IMG/VR virus record: IMGVR_UViG_2690315742_000005
Coordinates: 1-26,039 of that record
Direction: 5' to 3' (one strand)
From: a virus
Lineage: Duplodnaviria; Heunggongvirae; Uroviricota; Caudoviricetes
Length of the DNA stretch: 26,039 nucleotides
Part shown: positions 1 to 7,599 of the stretch, one piece after another
Position numbering within the stretch: the first letter of the stretch is position 1
Layout of the letters: every line of letters begins with the position of its first letter
Made by a program: the position numbers and the translations under genes
The notes under the pieces: generated by a model
What the model was told of the DNA's origin: nothing
The model's database searches: none
The model's input: only the letters and a program-made list of their open reading frames with translations

Positions 1-390
1 CAGGGCGACACCGGCAGAGATTGCCGATTTGCCGTTCTTACGGGGGATTTCGGTATACACCTCCCGGAAGCGGCGCAGCCGGGAGCCTTTATTGACCCAG
101 CCAAACGCGCAGCAGATCACAAAGAGCTGCCACGGCTCCAGCGTGATGGGCATCCTCTTAAATGCCCACTCACCCTTGGTGTGCGGCAACAGCTGAATAA
201 ATTTGGCGGCCCGTTCAGCCAGGTCCTTGTCGAAGCGGTAACGAAACGACTTACTTTTTTCCGCCATCAGGTCATCAAGATGGCGCTGGCAGGCCTGAAT
301 CACAAACTGGCAGGCCACAATCTTTCCGCGCACGACATCACGGGCATACTGATTGGCAGCATTTACGTTGGGGTAAGATTTCCGGCTCAT
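1..390 (-). CDS. phage terminase large subunit, N-terminal fragment (gene runs off window start)
   Basis: Reverse-complement of 1..390 is an open frame starting ATG at 390..388 (overlapping the terS stop in ATGA). Hand translation [20 protein letters not shown]...[23 protein letters not shown] has no stops; the PRKNGKS P-loop-like motif and position directly downstream of terS fit terminase large subunits. Not in the ORF track because it is truncated by the window edge. Confidence 0.7.
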   Translation of the reverse strand, partial: MSRKSYPNVNAANQYARDVVRGKIVACQFVIQACQRHLDDLMAEKSKSFRYRFDKDLAERAAKFIQLLPHTKGEWAFKRMPITLEPWQLFVICCAFGWVNKGSRLRRFREVYTEIPRKNGKSAISAGVAL

Positions 391-890
391 GATTCGATGA
401 TTTTCAGAAACGGGTTAGTGGCTTTCTTCTGCCCCGCCAGGCCAATCAGACGCTGGCGGCTGCTGGGGTCGAGTCCGAGCATTGCCCCCGTACTGCTCAT
501 CTCGGACTCCTGTTCTTTTTTGGCGGTCAGCTCCGGATTTTTGACCATACCGCCCATTGCACCGGTGATGGTGTTGCCCTGTCTGGCAATATTTTTCACG
601 GCACGTCGCCAGAACTCGTAGGCCACGCACCACCGCTCAAGCACCGCGAGGTCAGTCACGCACAGCAGGCCCTGACCGCAGAGTTCTTTAGTTGTCAGTT
701 GCCACATGATCGTAGCGAGAGGGAGATCTTCTTCAGCGAACCACTCCGGTGGCTCAACACCTTTGATGGGCGTAAAAACAGGTTCATCTTTATTCAGGGC
801 TCGCTTGCCGGGGTTTCCGGCCAGCGCCTTGCGCGCCGTTGGCTTGGGGCGACGCCCGGAACGCCCCGCCGTTCCAGCCATATGCGGCAC
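387..890 (-). CDS. phage terminase small subunit (P27-like family)
   Basis: 167-aa ORF; N-terminus [27 protein letters not shown] is the basic Gly/Arg-rich signature I recognise from P27-family small terminases; immediately upstream of and translationally coupled to the large-subunit start. Confidence 0.8.
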   Translation of the reverse strand: MPHMAGTAGRSGRRPKPTARKALAGNPGKRALNKDEPVFTPIKGVEPPEWFAEEDLPLATIMWQLTTKELCGQGLLCVTDLAVLERWCVAYEFWRRAVKNIARQGNTITGAMGGMVKNPELTAKKEQESEMSSTGAMLGLDPSSRQRLIGLAGQKKATNPFLKIIES

Positions 891-1006
891 TCCTGGTTAA
901 ATTTCATTTTTCGCGGGTATAAAAAAACGATGGGGCGGGCAGTCCGGAAGACGTCAGGCTGCAGGGATTTGACCCGCCCCTCCCCTCAGACAGTTGAGAA
1001 TTATTA

Positions 1007-1357
1007 TCACTTTAACCGTTCACGGGCCGTCTTCGCCTTATGACACGGCCAGCACAGACTCTGCAGATTACTGTCAGCATCAGTGCCGCCATGCGCTTTA
1101 GGGATGATGTGGTCAACAGTTTTCGCCTCACGCACCACACCAGCACGCAGACATAATTGACACAGGCCTTTGTCACGCTTCAGAACACGCGCGCGGATAC
1201 TGTCCCACTTCGAACCGTAGCCGCGCTGATGACGGGATTGTCCAGGTTTGTATTGCTTCCAGCCTTCGCTTTTGTGGCTTTCGCAGTAGCCTGAAGGGTC
1301 AGTAGTGGTATGGCGGCAGCCGCGAACACGGCAGGCTTTCGGGGTTCGTGGCGGCAT
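1007..1357 (-). CDS. HNH endonuclease (terminase-associated)
   Basis: 116-aa ORF with Cys pairs CRVRGC...C and C..C flanking a DHIIPKAHGGTDADSNLQSLCWPCH motif (HNH catalytic His/Asn plus zinc ligands); classic position just upstream of terS in HK97-like cos phages. Confidence 0.9.
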   Translation of the reverse strand: MPPRTPKACRVRGCRHTTTDPSGYCESHKSEGWKQYKPGQSRHQRGYGSKWDSIRARVLKRDKGLCQLCLRAGVVREAKTVDHIIPKAHGGTDADSNLQSLCWPCHKAKTARERLK

Positions 1358-1408
1358 TAATGCTTCCCTTTAAGTTATTACGATGGAACAGACCATAGAA
1401 ATGGCAAT

Positions 1409-1430
1409 AAAAAACCGCCCGGAGGCGGTT
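1409..1430 (-). terminator. rho-independent terminator candidate downstream of the 1450..1770 gene
   Basis: On the minus strand a 7-bp perfect stem AACCGCC/GGCGGTT (loop 4 nt) is followed by TTTTTT, about 20 bp after the stop at 1450. Confidence 0.5.
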
Positions 1431-1449
1431 CAATTATCATCTCGATAAA

Positions 1450-1770
1450 CTAAATCAGATCACCAATGTATTTTGCACTAATTGAAATTTGCATCTGAGG
1501 CATTCCGACCACAGATCCATTTAACAGGTAATCACGTCCTCGTTCCTGCAAAGAAAGACTCAATTCAAAGTTCTTTACCCCAGGGAAAACCGAGGTGACA
1601 TTTAAATCATGCTGCGATACGCGCAGAATAAGTTGGCTACCGTCAATTTTTCCCTGATACGTAAAACCAAAATCTCCGCCGTTTACTGCATTGTTTTTGA
1701 CAACTACGGTACCATTACCAAAATCACGTTGATTGCTTCTGAAAACAACAAAATAGATACCATCTTTCAT
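1450..1770 (-). CDS. hypothetical protein (AT-rich single-gene cargo between spanins and HNH)
   Basis: 106-aa ORF with markedly lower GC than neighbours, its own downstream terminator, flanked by non-coding AT-rich DNA (1771..1862); no recognisable motif. Confidence 0.45.
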   Translation of the reverse strand: MKDGIYFVVFRSNQRDFGNGTVVVKNNAVNGGDFGFTYQGKIDGSQLILRVSQHDLNVTSVFPGVKNFELSLSLQERGRDYLLNGSVVGMPQMQISISAKYIGDLI

Positions 1771-1862
1771 GTGTAAAGCCCTTTAAAAGAGTCACCAAAA
1801 TCAGGTGCTTTGTATCTATTGGGCCATCACATATCAAATCAAGGAACAAAACAAAGTTAACA

Positions 1863-2132
1863 TCATTTTTTTTGCATGATGTGACCACGCTCAACTTCAA
1901 TCCTTCTGATGTCAGCTTTATCGGTATTACACTGCGCCAATGCAGACAACAAGGCGACATTCAGATCTAAGCTCGAGCCCCACGTAAAATGATCAGGTAA
2001 ATCAGGCTGAGGGGTTTCAGCCGTCAGGCTGGCTGGTAACGGAACTACCGGAACCTGGACGTAAACTGTTCGCGTACTTCCGCAACCGGTCAGCAGCGGC
2101 AGCAGGCACAGGACGTGAAGCACAATCATCAT
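1863..2132 (-). CDS. o-spanin Rz1 (outer-membrane lipoprotein), overlapping Rz
   Basis: ORF 1863..2198 contains an internal start MMIVLHVLCLLPLLTGCGS: signal peptide plus lipobox LLTGC, Pro-rich mature part. Start placed at the internal Met (2132); overlaps the 3' end of Rz in another frame. Confidence 0.7.
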   Translation of the reverse strand: MMIVLHVLCLLPLLTGCGSTRTVYVQVPVVPLPASLTAETPQPDLPDHFTWGSSLDLNVALLSALAQCNTDKADIRRIEVERGHIMQKK

Positions 2133-2409
2133 CCGCAACAGCCACTTTGATATCTTCCTGGGTTCTCTGTGACTCCAGTGCGATCTGCTGTTTTGCATGT
2201 TGATTCGCCTCCTGAATGATGTTCGTTATTGCCATAGTACGCAGAACATTCGCGGTGATAGCCTCAGTAGAATCAGCTCGCTGTTCCGCAGCATCAGCAC
2301 GCTTCTGCTCCTCCAGAAACTTTCCATGATAGTGATTCGCTGACCAGACAAGACCACCAGCGACACAAGCAATAAACGTTAAAATGAGCGCCCAATAACT
2401 CATCTTCAT
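2017..2409 (-). CDS. i-spanin Rz
   Basis: 130-aa ORF with N-terminal TM helix (WALILTFIACVAGGLVW) followed by a charged, coiled-coil-like region; immediately downstream of endolysin with 4-bp overlap; Rz1 overlaps its 3' end. Confidence 0.75.
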   Translation of the reverse strand: MKMSYWALILTFIACVAGGLVWSANHYHGKFLEEQKRADAAEQRADSTEAITANVLRTMAITNIIQEANQHAKQQIALESQRTQEDIKVAVADDDCASRPVPAAAADRLRKYANSLRPGSGSSVTSQPDG

Positions 2410-3020
2410 ACCAGCAGCGCCGCCCGCGCCTTGTTGTATCGGACCTTACGATCCTCAATACCGTTCAAACCGCCGTTAATGATGCGCGTAACACGGTTAA
2501 TATCGGCACCGTAGATCATGCAACCTTTAGAGGTGTAGAACCATGCAGCTGAGCGCGCAGCCTGTAGTTCCTGTTCCAGTTGTTCAGGTGAAGTCACCAG
2601 ATCTAACTTCAGCGCCGCGCCACAGATGCGATAATTATGGAGGCCAGTGATTTGAATTAATCCTCTACCACGATATTTCCAGCCATCACCTGGTGCTTTG
2701 TTACCCAGTCGGTTGCTATACACCAGATTGGCAATAGCATCCTGACGAGCTGCATGTCCGGATGTTCTGCCAAGGGCATCAGCCTGCTGCTGTGTGATCC
2801 TCTTTCCGAACGTCGCCACAAGCGCAGATGGTGTGTAGTTAAGATTTTCAACTACGGCGCTAAACCCCATCGACTCATGGCCTACCTGAGCGATAAACAT
2901 TGCCTGATCCGCTGGTGCTGTAATGCCGAATTCCTTCATCGCCGCATCAATGTGCGGAAACCAGCGCGCAGCCAGCCCGGCGCTAATACCAGCCGCCTTT
3001 TGAAATAATTGTTGGTTCAT
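2406..3020 (-). CDS. endolysin, glycoside hydrolase family 19 (chitinase-like lysozyme)
   Basis: 204-aa ORF; FIAQVGHESMGF, YRGRGLIQITG and NRVTRIINGGLNG resemble GH19 catalytic-core motifs of phage endolysins; sits in a holin-endolysin-Rz/Rz1 cassette. Confidence 0.85.
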   Translation of the reverse strand: MNQQLFQKAAGISAGLAARWFPHIDAAMKEFGITAPADQAMFIAQVGHESMGFSAVVENLNYTPSALVATFGKRITQQQADALGRTSGHAARQDAIANLVYSNRLGNKAPGDGWKYRGRGLIQITGLHNYRICGAALKLDLVTSPEQLEQELQAARSAAWFYTSKGCMIYGADINRVTRIINGGLNGIEDRKVRYNKARAALLV

Positions 3021-3301
3021 TAGTGCCTCAGATGATCAACCAGACGTGCAACGTTGCCTCTGACAGCCACCAGCACGGAAAGAAAAATAGTGTTCGCCAC
3101 GATAATGGGCCATGAGGAATGGGGATAAATCCCACAGAGATAGGCCAACGGAACAGCACTGTATGTAACAGTAATCAGCCAGGCTAAACGTGAAACCCAA
3201 GGACGATGCCGCGAATCACCACGACGATAAAACATCAGAGTAATAACAACACAAGCACATAACAGCGCATTTATAGTTGCTGTCGGGTCATTTAGCTCCA
3301 C
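3020..3301 (-). CDS. holin/antiholin-like small membrane protein
   Basis: 93-aa ORF with 2-3 hydrophobic helices, immediately upstream of and overlapping the endolysin start. Confidence 0.55.
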   Translation of the reverse strand: MELNDPTATINALLCACVVITLMFYRRGDSRHRPWVSRLAWLITVTYSAVPLAYLCGIYPHSSWPIIVANTIFLSVLVAVRGNVARLVDHLRH

Positions 3302-3674
3302 CTGAACCTCCCCGGCGCGTTATGAGCGCCACCAGCGAGCCGATATCCTGATTATTCAGGAACGTCAGGATTTTAACGGCTAAAGCAGAGACGATTACGG
3401 CACCAATAGCATCCAGAGGTTTATCACTGTATCCGGTCAAGTTCGCCAGCTTGGAGCCAACCAACCCAGAGCAAAGAATCCCGGCAATATATGACACGAT
3501 AAAATATGCCAGTCGGCGCGATGCACTCAGATCTGCAGCTGTTGCTATGTAGAATACAGCCCCTGCAAATGCGCCAAATACAACGCCGTAATCAGTTCCG
3601 GTCAGCAGTCCATAAACACTGGCACCCGTCAGGGCACCACCAGCCAGCCCAGTACCGGAAATCGGATCGGACAT
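3288..3674 (-). CDS. putative holin (multi-TM, Gly/Ala-rich)
   Basis: 128-aa ORF with several Gly/Ala-rich predicted TM segments, first gene of the lysis cassette. Confidence 0.55.
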   Translation of the reverse strand: MSDPISGTGLAGGALTGASVYGLLTGTDYGVVFGAFAGAVFYIATAADLSASRRLAYFIVSYIAGILCSGLVGSKLANLTGYSDKPLDAIGAVIVSALAVKILTFLNNQDIGSLVALITRRGGSGGAK

Positions 3675-3721
3675 TTAGCCCCCTCTTAATTGCTGTTGGT
3701 CCTCTCAGAACGAGGGGAAAC

Positions 3722-3745
3722 AAAAAAGGCCGCATTAAGGCGGCC
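3722..3745 (-). terminator. rho-independent terminator candidate downstream of the 3765..4361 gene
   Basis: Minus-strand hairpin GGCCGCC-TTAAT-GCGGCC followed by TTTTTT, 20 bp after the stop of the 3765..4361 ORF. Confidence 0.5.
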
Positions 3746-3764
3746 TTGGTAAGGTATAGTTTTT

Positions 3765-4361
3765 TTAAGATAAACTTTGATTGATATACTCATGACACCC
3801 AAAAATAAAGGCGTTTTGTGCATCAATAAATGACTTTTTTTCTTCCGGAGTAAAATACCCTTTTGTAAAACATACTTTTAGCGCTTTTTGAAGATCTGCC
3901 GTCAGGGTTATCAACTTACAACCTTCCTCATCAGGCCTTATTAATAGAAGTAATTTATTTTTACTTATTTCAGCGGCCTTTATTGGAACTTGAATCTCCT
4001 CAGGGAAAACACCCTTAGCCAATATATCCATATTCTTATTTCCGACCAGATGCCATTGCTCAAATGTGCTGGCCAACATAATTACGTCTGTCACATGCTC
4101 AGCGCCAGCAAAACGTATTTGTTGCGCCAATTCTTTATTAGTATTCAAGTGAGCCTGTAATGTGGCTAAGGCAAAATTTTCTTTGATTGCCCTGTATGCA
4201 ACCCAACCAGTTATTCCTGCGGCAATAACGCCTGCAAGAGCAGTAATGAGTGTTTCAAAAGGAAAGGAAGAACTGATTTCAATTGGCGGTAATTTTTCTA
4301 TTACCAAGGTCAACTCGCCAGTAGTTTTTTCGAAAGCGTACGGTACGTTTTGCCAAGTCAT
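3765..4361 (-). CDS. hypothetical single-pass membrane protein (AT-rich cargo gene between Q and holin)
   Basis: 198-aa ORF, low GC, one predicted TM helix (LITALAGVIAAGITGWVAY) near the N-terminus, bracketed by terminator hairpins on both sides; occupies the Q-to-lysis slot. Confidence 0.55.
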   Translation of the reverse strand: MTWQNVPYAFEKTTGELTLVIEKLPPIEISSSFPFETLITALAGVIAAGITGWVAYRAIKENFALATLQAHLNTNKELAQQIRFAGAEHVTDVIMLASTFEQWHLVGNKNMDILAKGVFPEEIQVPIKAAEISKNKLLLLIRPDEEGCKLITLTADLQKALKVCFTKGYFTPEEKKSFIDAQNAFIFGCHEYINQSLS

Positions 4362-4392
4362 GAAGCCTCCTGAGTTTCAGAGGAATCATAAC

Positions 4393-4415
4393 AAAAAAAC
4401 CCGCTCAATGGCGGG
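4393..4415 (-). terminator. rho-independent terminator candidate downstream of Q (tR'-like)
   Basis: Minus-strand hairpin with CCCGC/GCGGG stem (loop ATTGAG) followed by TTTTTTT, located 50 bp after the stop of the Q-like gene. Confidence 0.5.
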
Positions 4416-4467
4416 CTCTTAATGTTGTGTTGCTCAGTTCGCTTTAACGTCCCGAGCCTACCACAAT

Positions 4468-5046
4468 TTAAGCACTTTCTTGCTCACTCTGCAACTTAAA
4501 TCTGTCGCTATTTGTGCCGAATGCGTCACAAACTGGAGCGTACAGGATCGATTCTGCAAGACTTAGCCAAGTGTCAATGCGTCGACGACAGGTGATCAGC
4601 GGCCAGTCAGGATGTTTAGCCTGCAGTTCATTGGCCATCTGCAACTTGCTCTTACGAAGACGATACCGGTCAACAATCACGCTATAGAGCGATCGGTAGT
4701 CATCATTCATCAGTACTGAAGCAATGACACCGTCCACTAACAACCCTTCTTCATCTGAACAGAACGCCAGGCCGCTTTTATTTTTGCTGTTGAGAATTTC
4801 ACGCAGGTACGCTTCAAGTTCAGGCTTGGTGATACCCGCTATCTTCATCCGGCGTAGCGCTTCATTGATAGCTGTCTTGGTGATTTTCCCGGATGCCAGA
4901 AGCTGGTTAAACATGTTTCCACCACTACCACCGCCGATATAAGACCAGCGGCCCCACATGCGCAACTTGCCTTGTATCCAGATACTTTCCAGAGTACGAA
5001 GGCGAACCATTTCACCTGATTTGCCAACTTCAGAAGGATTAATCAT
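4468..5046 (-). CDS. late-gene antitermination protein Q-like (Phage_antitermQ-like)
   Basis: 192-aa ORF; LRMWGRWS... and the SDEEGLLVDGVIASV...YRSLYSVIVDRY segment resemble the LERWGAW / DD..ICGCM...LLVDYYV pattern I recall for Q-like antiterminators; sits immediately upstream of a terminator and the lysis genes. Confidence 0.55.
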   Translation of the reverse strand: MINPSEVGKSGEMVRLRTLESIWIQGKLRMWGRWSYIGGGSGGNMFNQLLASGKITKTAINEALRRMKIAGITKPELEAYLREILNSKNKSGLAFCSDEEGLLVDGVIASVLMNDDYRSLYSVIVDRYRLRKSKLQMANELQAKHPDWPLITCRRRIDTWLSLAESILYAPVCDAFGTNSDRFKLQSEQESA

Positions 5047-5060
5047 TTAGCATTCTCCAC

Positions 5061-6056
5061 TTACGCCAGTACGCCTATTGCCAGCGCACGATCGATAAAA
5101 CGAAATATCAGCTCCAGCTGGGAGCCATACTTCTCTTCAAATGCCACGGTATCCGCATGCAGCTCGTCGTGATGCTTTCTGCACAAAGGCAACACAAAGA
5201 GGTCATGCGCTTTTGTACCCATTCCACCCTGACCGTGACCTATCAGGTGGTGGGGATCATCAGCAGGCTTTCCACAACATGCACACGGCTGTGTCTTAAC
5301 CCAGCGCGTGTACTTTTCATTAACCCAGCGGCGACGTTTGGGGCGTAACATAAAAGACTCCGGCGACTCCGGATCCACTTTCAGCGCCAGCACCTTTTTC
5401 GCCTTATCCTGGATGATGCTGGTGGCAGGAACCGAAGGCATAAGGTCACTTTCCCGGGTAACAGACGGCACAACAGGCTTCGGTAATCTCAGTGCCTTAC
5501 GGGCTGCACTTTCCGGTAAGGCATCCGCCAGATCATTACGAATCAGCCACCAGCACAGTTCCGGCATTGTCACAACGTGACTATCATCAAAACCGAGATC
5601 CCGACGCACAACAGACAACACCCAGCGGGCACTGTTATCCGTTGCCATTGATTCCAGCCGTTCCGTGAACTGATCGCGCAGCTGGTTATCGCAGTGCCAG
5701 CACAAACGGATTGCGCCCGGAGCGTGTCGCATTGTTGTCATGTTCTCGCTGTGCCAGTCGGAATGAGGCCACTGGCAGCCTTTTTCACGAAGTAACCAGC
5801 TTTCAAGACATTCCACGCCACCAGCACGACGGATCACTGCCTCATTGCGGAACACGGCCCGAACGGCAGGATCATCCGCCAGCGGTTGTGATGCCGCCGG
5901 AACGGCACCACTGGCGAAAGATGAATAACGTTCCGGCTCAGGCTCCAGCAAGACACGCCCCTGCATAAACAAGGGCATCAGCTCTGAACCTGGTCTGAAC
6001 AATACGATCCCCATACGCGGGGCAATTTCAGGGGTCAGTAGTGCTCTCACGGTCAC
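5061..6056 (-). CDS. DUF968-like prophage protein (HNH/NinG-like C-terminus)
   Basis: 331-aa ORF; Cys/His-rich C-terminus CACCGKPADDPHHLIGHGQGGMGTKAHDLFVLPLCRKHHDELH resembles DUF968/NinG-type prophage proteins; position in the nin-like region upstream of Q. Confidence 0.5.
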   Translation of the reverse strand: MTVRALLTPEIAPRMGIVLFRPGSELMPLFMQGRVLLEPEPERYSSFASGAVPAASQPLADDPAVRAVFRNEAVIRRAGGVECLESWLLREKGCQWPHSDWHSENMTTMRHAPGAIRLCWHCDNQLRDQFTERLESMATDNSARWVLSVVRRDLGFDDSHVVTMPELCWWLIRNDLADALPESAARKALRLPKPVVPSVTRESDLMPSVPATSIIQDKAKKVLALKVDPESPESFMLRPKRRRWVNEKYTRWVKTQPCACCGKPADDPHHLIGHGQGGMGTKAHDLFVLPLCRKHHDELHADTVAFEEKYGSQLELIFRFIDRALAIGVLA

Positions 6057-6057
6057 C

Positions 6058-6867
6058 TCAATGAACGGTATCGAGCAGCTTTAACAGCTCAGGGAATCGG
6101 GATTCGAAGAAATGCGGCTGCGTCTCGCGCGGATTTGCGGGACTGGTGATGTTCTTGCCGAACATGCAGCCTTTCGCCGTCAGCGACCAGAATTTTTTGA
6201 TGTTGTTAATCGCAGTGCGGCTGTATCGTTCGCGCTGCTCGACGATCCCCAGCTTCACCATCTGGTGATATGCCTGATTAGCCGTCAGGCGGATACCATA
6301 CTGCTTCAGCAGTGCACTCAGTGACAGCGTAGGGCGACTTGAGCCATCGGGTGCATCGGCAGGAGCATCAATTGCATAGCGCGGAGCCAGATTCGGTAAG
6401 CCAACAGCCTCCTGGAGTTTCTGACAGGCACCAAGCACAGATGAGTTAGACAGGTTTAATTCCCGACGCATAAAGTCCAGCAGAATCACACCAGCCTGCA
6501 TCTTGTCAGCAGCCTGTCCGGATAATTTTTCCGGTGCGCTGGTTACCATGTCGAAAGTACGGATCACCTTCAGATGGAATGACGGGCTGATCCACATTGC
6601 ATAGGCATACACCAGTTCCTTGCAGACATAAGTTCCCCGTTCATTTCCCCCATGAATCACACTCACCGGGTCAACACCCAAATTCTGGGTGTTGGTCAAT
6701 TCATGAACAAGTTCAACAGTTTGTTGGCTGGAAAGAAACTTTCCTGGTTCCTTGGTTCTGGCATTTGCACCAGATGCTACTGCTGCGCGATGCAGATCGT
6801 TCAGGCTGTAACGCCCATAAGCATCACGACGAACTTCAATACCATCAATAACCATCAGATTATTCAT
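6058..6867 (-). CDS. KilA-N domain protein (antirepressor-like)
   Basis: 269-aa ORF; N-terminus MNNLMVIDGIEVRRDAYGRYSLNDLHRAA...YVCKELVYAYAMWISPSFHLKVI matches the KilA-N fold pattern, with a C-terminal extension. Confidence 0.65.
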   Translation of the reverse strand: MNNLMVIDGIEVRRDAYGRYSLNDLHRAAVASGANARTKEPGKFLSSQQTVELVHELTNTQNLGVDPVSVIHGGNERGTYVCKELVYAYAMWISPSFHLKVIRTFDMVTSAPEKLSGQAADKMQAGVILLDFMRRELNLSNSSVLGACQKLQEAVGLPNLAPRYAIDAPADAPDGSSRPTLSLSALLKQYGIRLTANQAYHQMVKLGIVEQRERYSRTAINNIKKFWSLTAKGCMFGKNITSPANPRETQPHFFESRFPELLKLLDTVH

Positions 6868-6886
6868 ACTTCGTTTCTCCTCTTAA

Positions 6887-7276
6887 TCAGGCGGCTGCAC
6901 CCGCCGGTTTCTCATACTTACTGATAGTGATCTCGACCTTCCCTTTCGGGATAACCGGTCCCCACTCAACCAGCATTCTTTTCACCTGACTGTCGTCCTC
7001 CCACACACCCGCGTGGGTCAGGGCGTCAAACAGCGCCTTGTTATAGTTGTCCAGATCGCGGATCCGGTTATCCGGAGGAAACAACACGATCTCCACTGAA
7101 GCAGGTGCCGACGTTGGTTTCGGCAGACGACGTAACTGCTCAACTATTGCTGCACACGCCGCGCTCTGGAATTTTCGCCCCGCCGCGCTTATCAGGCTCT
7201 TACCTGCAAACGCCCCTTTGTTGGGGTGTCGCCAGTACGTGTTCACGCTGGGCGGGAAAGGCAGGATCAGCTTCAT
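6887..7276 (-). CDS. rusA: Holliday junction resolvase RusA
   Basis: 129-aa ORF starting MKLILPFPPSVNTYW with an acidic DLDNYNKALFDAL segment, characteristic of RusA-family resolvases; typical nin-region location. Confidence 0.85.
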   Translation of the reverse strand: MKLILPFPPSVNTYWRHPNKGAFAGKSLISAAGRKFQSAACAAIVEQLRRLPKPTSAPASVEIVLFPPDNRIRDLDNYNKALFDALTHAGVWEDDSQVKRMLVEWGPVIPKGKVEITISKYEKPAGAAA

Positions 7277-7599
7277 ACTTTCAGGCCTCTCTCATGTAAC
7301 CAGTGGGTTGCACGCAGCCTGGCGTTTTCCTCACCGGCAAGCAGTGAGCGGATAATCCCGACCGCCTCGCTGTCGTCGTCCTTCACCGCGGTATGAAGAG
7401 TGATACCCCGGGCCACGCCACGCTTTATCGTGATGACGCCTTTTTTCTCCAGTGCGCGAAGATGTTCCACCGCTGCATTCACTGAACGGTATCCCAGCAT
7501 GGTTGCCACCTCCTGATTGGTTGGCGGGAAGCCACGTTCTTTCTGGTAAGAAATCAGCATATCCAGCACCTGCTGCTGGCATTGAGTTAACGTCGTCAT
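7273..7599 (-). CDS. LexA N-terminal DNA-binding-domain paralog lacking the S24 peptidase domain
   Basis: 108-aa ORF; residues 3-66 (LTQCQQQVLDML...GFPPTNQEVATMLGYRSVNAAVEHLRALEKKGVITIKRGVARGITL) align closely by eye with the E. coli LexA winged-helix domain (LTARQQEVFDLI...[46 protein letters not shown]). No Ala-Gly cleavage site and no Ser/Lys peptidase domain follow. Confidence 0.75.
   Translation of the reverse strand: MTTLTQCQQQVLDMLISYQKERGFPPTNQEVATMLGYRSVNAAVEHLRALEKKGVITIKRGVARGITLHTAVKDDDSEAVGIIRSLLAGEENARLRATHWLHERGLKV

Noticed and set aside
181-621. 146-aa plus-strand ORF across the terS/terL junction
   Set aside because: Antisense to the terminase genes, which have clear signatures and coupled start/stop; likely spurious.
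1724-1960. 78-aa minus-strand ORF overlapping Rz1 and the AT-rich intergenic region
   Set aside because: Overlaps the Rz1 3' end in another frame and spans non-coding AT-rich DNA; no RBS or motif support.
2657-3008. ORFs 2657..2851 (-) and 2754..3008 (+) inside the endolysin gene
   Set aside because: Alternative-frame or antisense ORFs within a gene with clear GH19 motifs.
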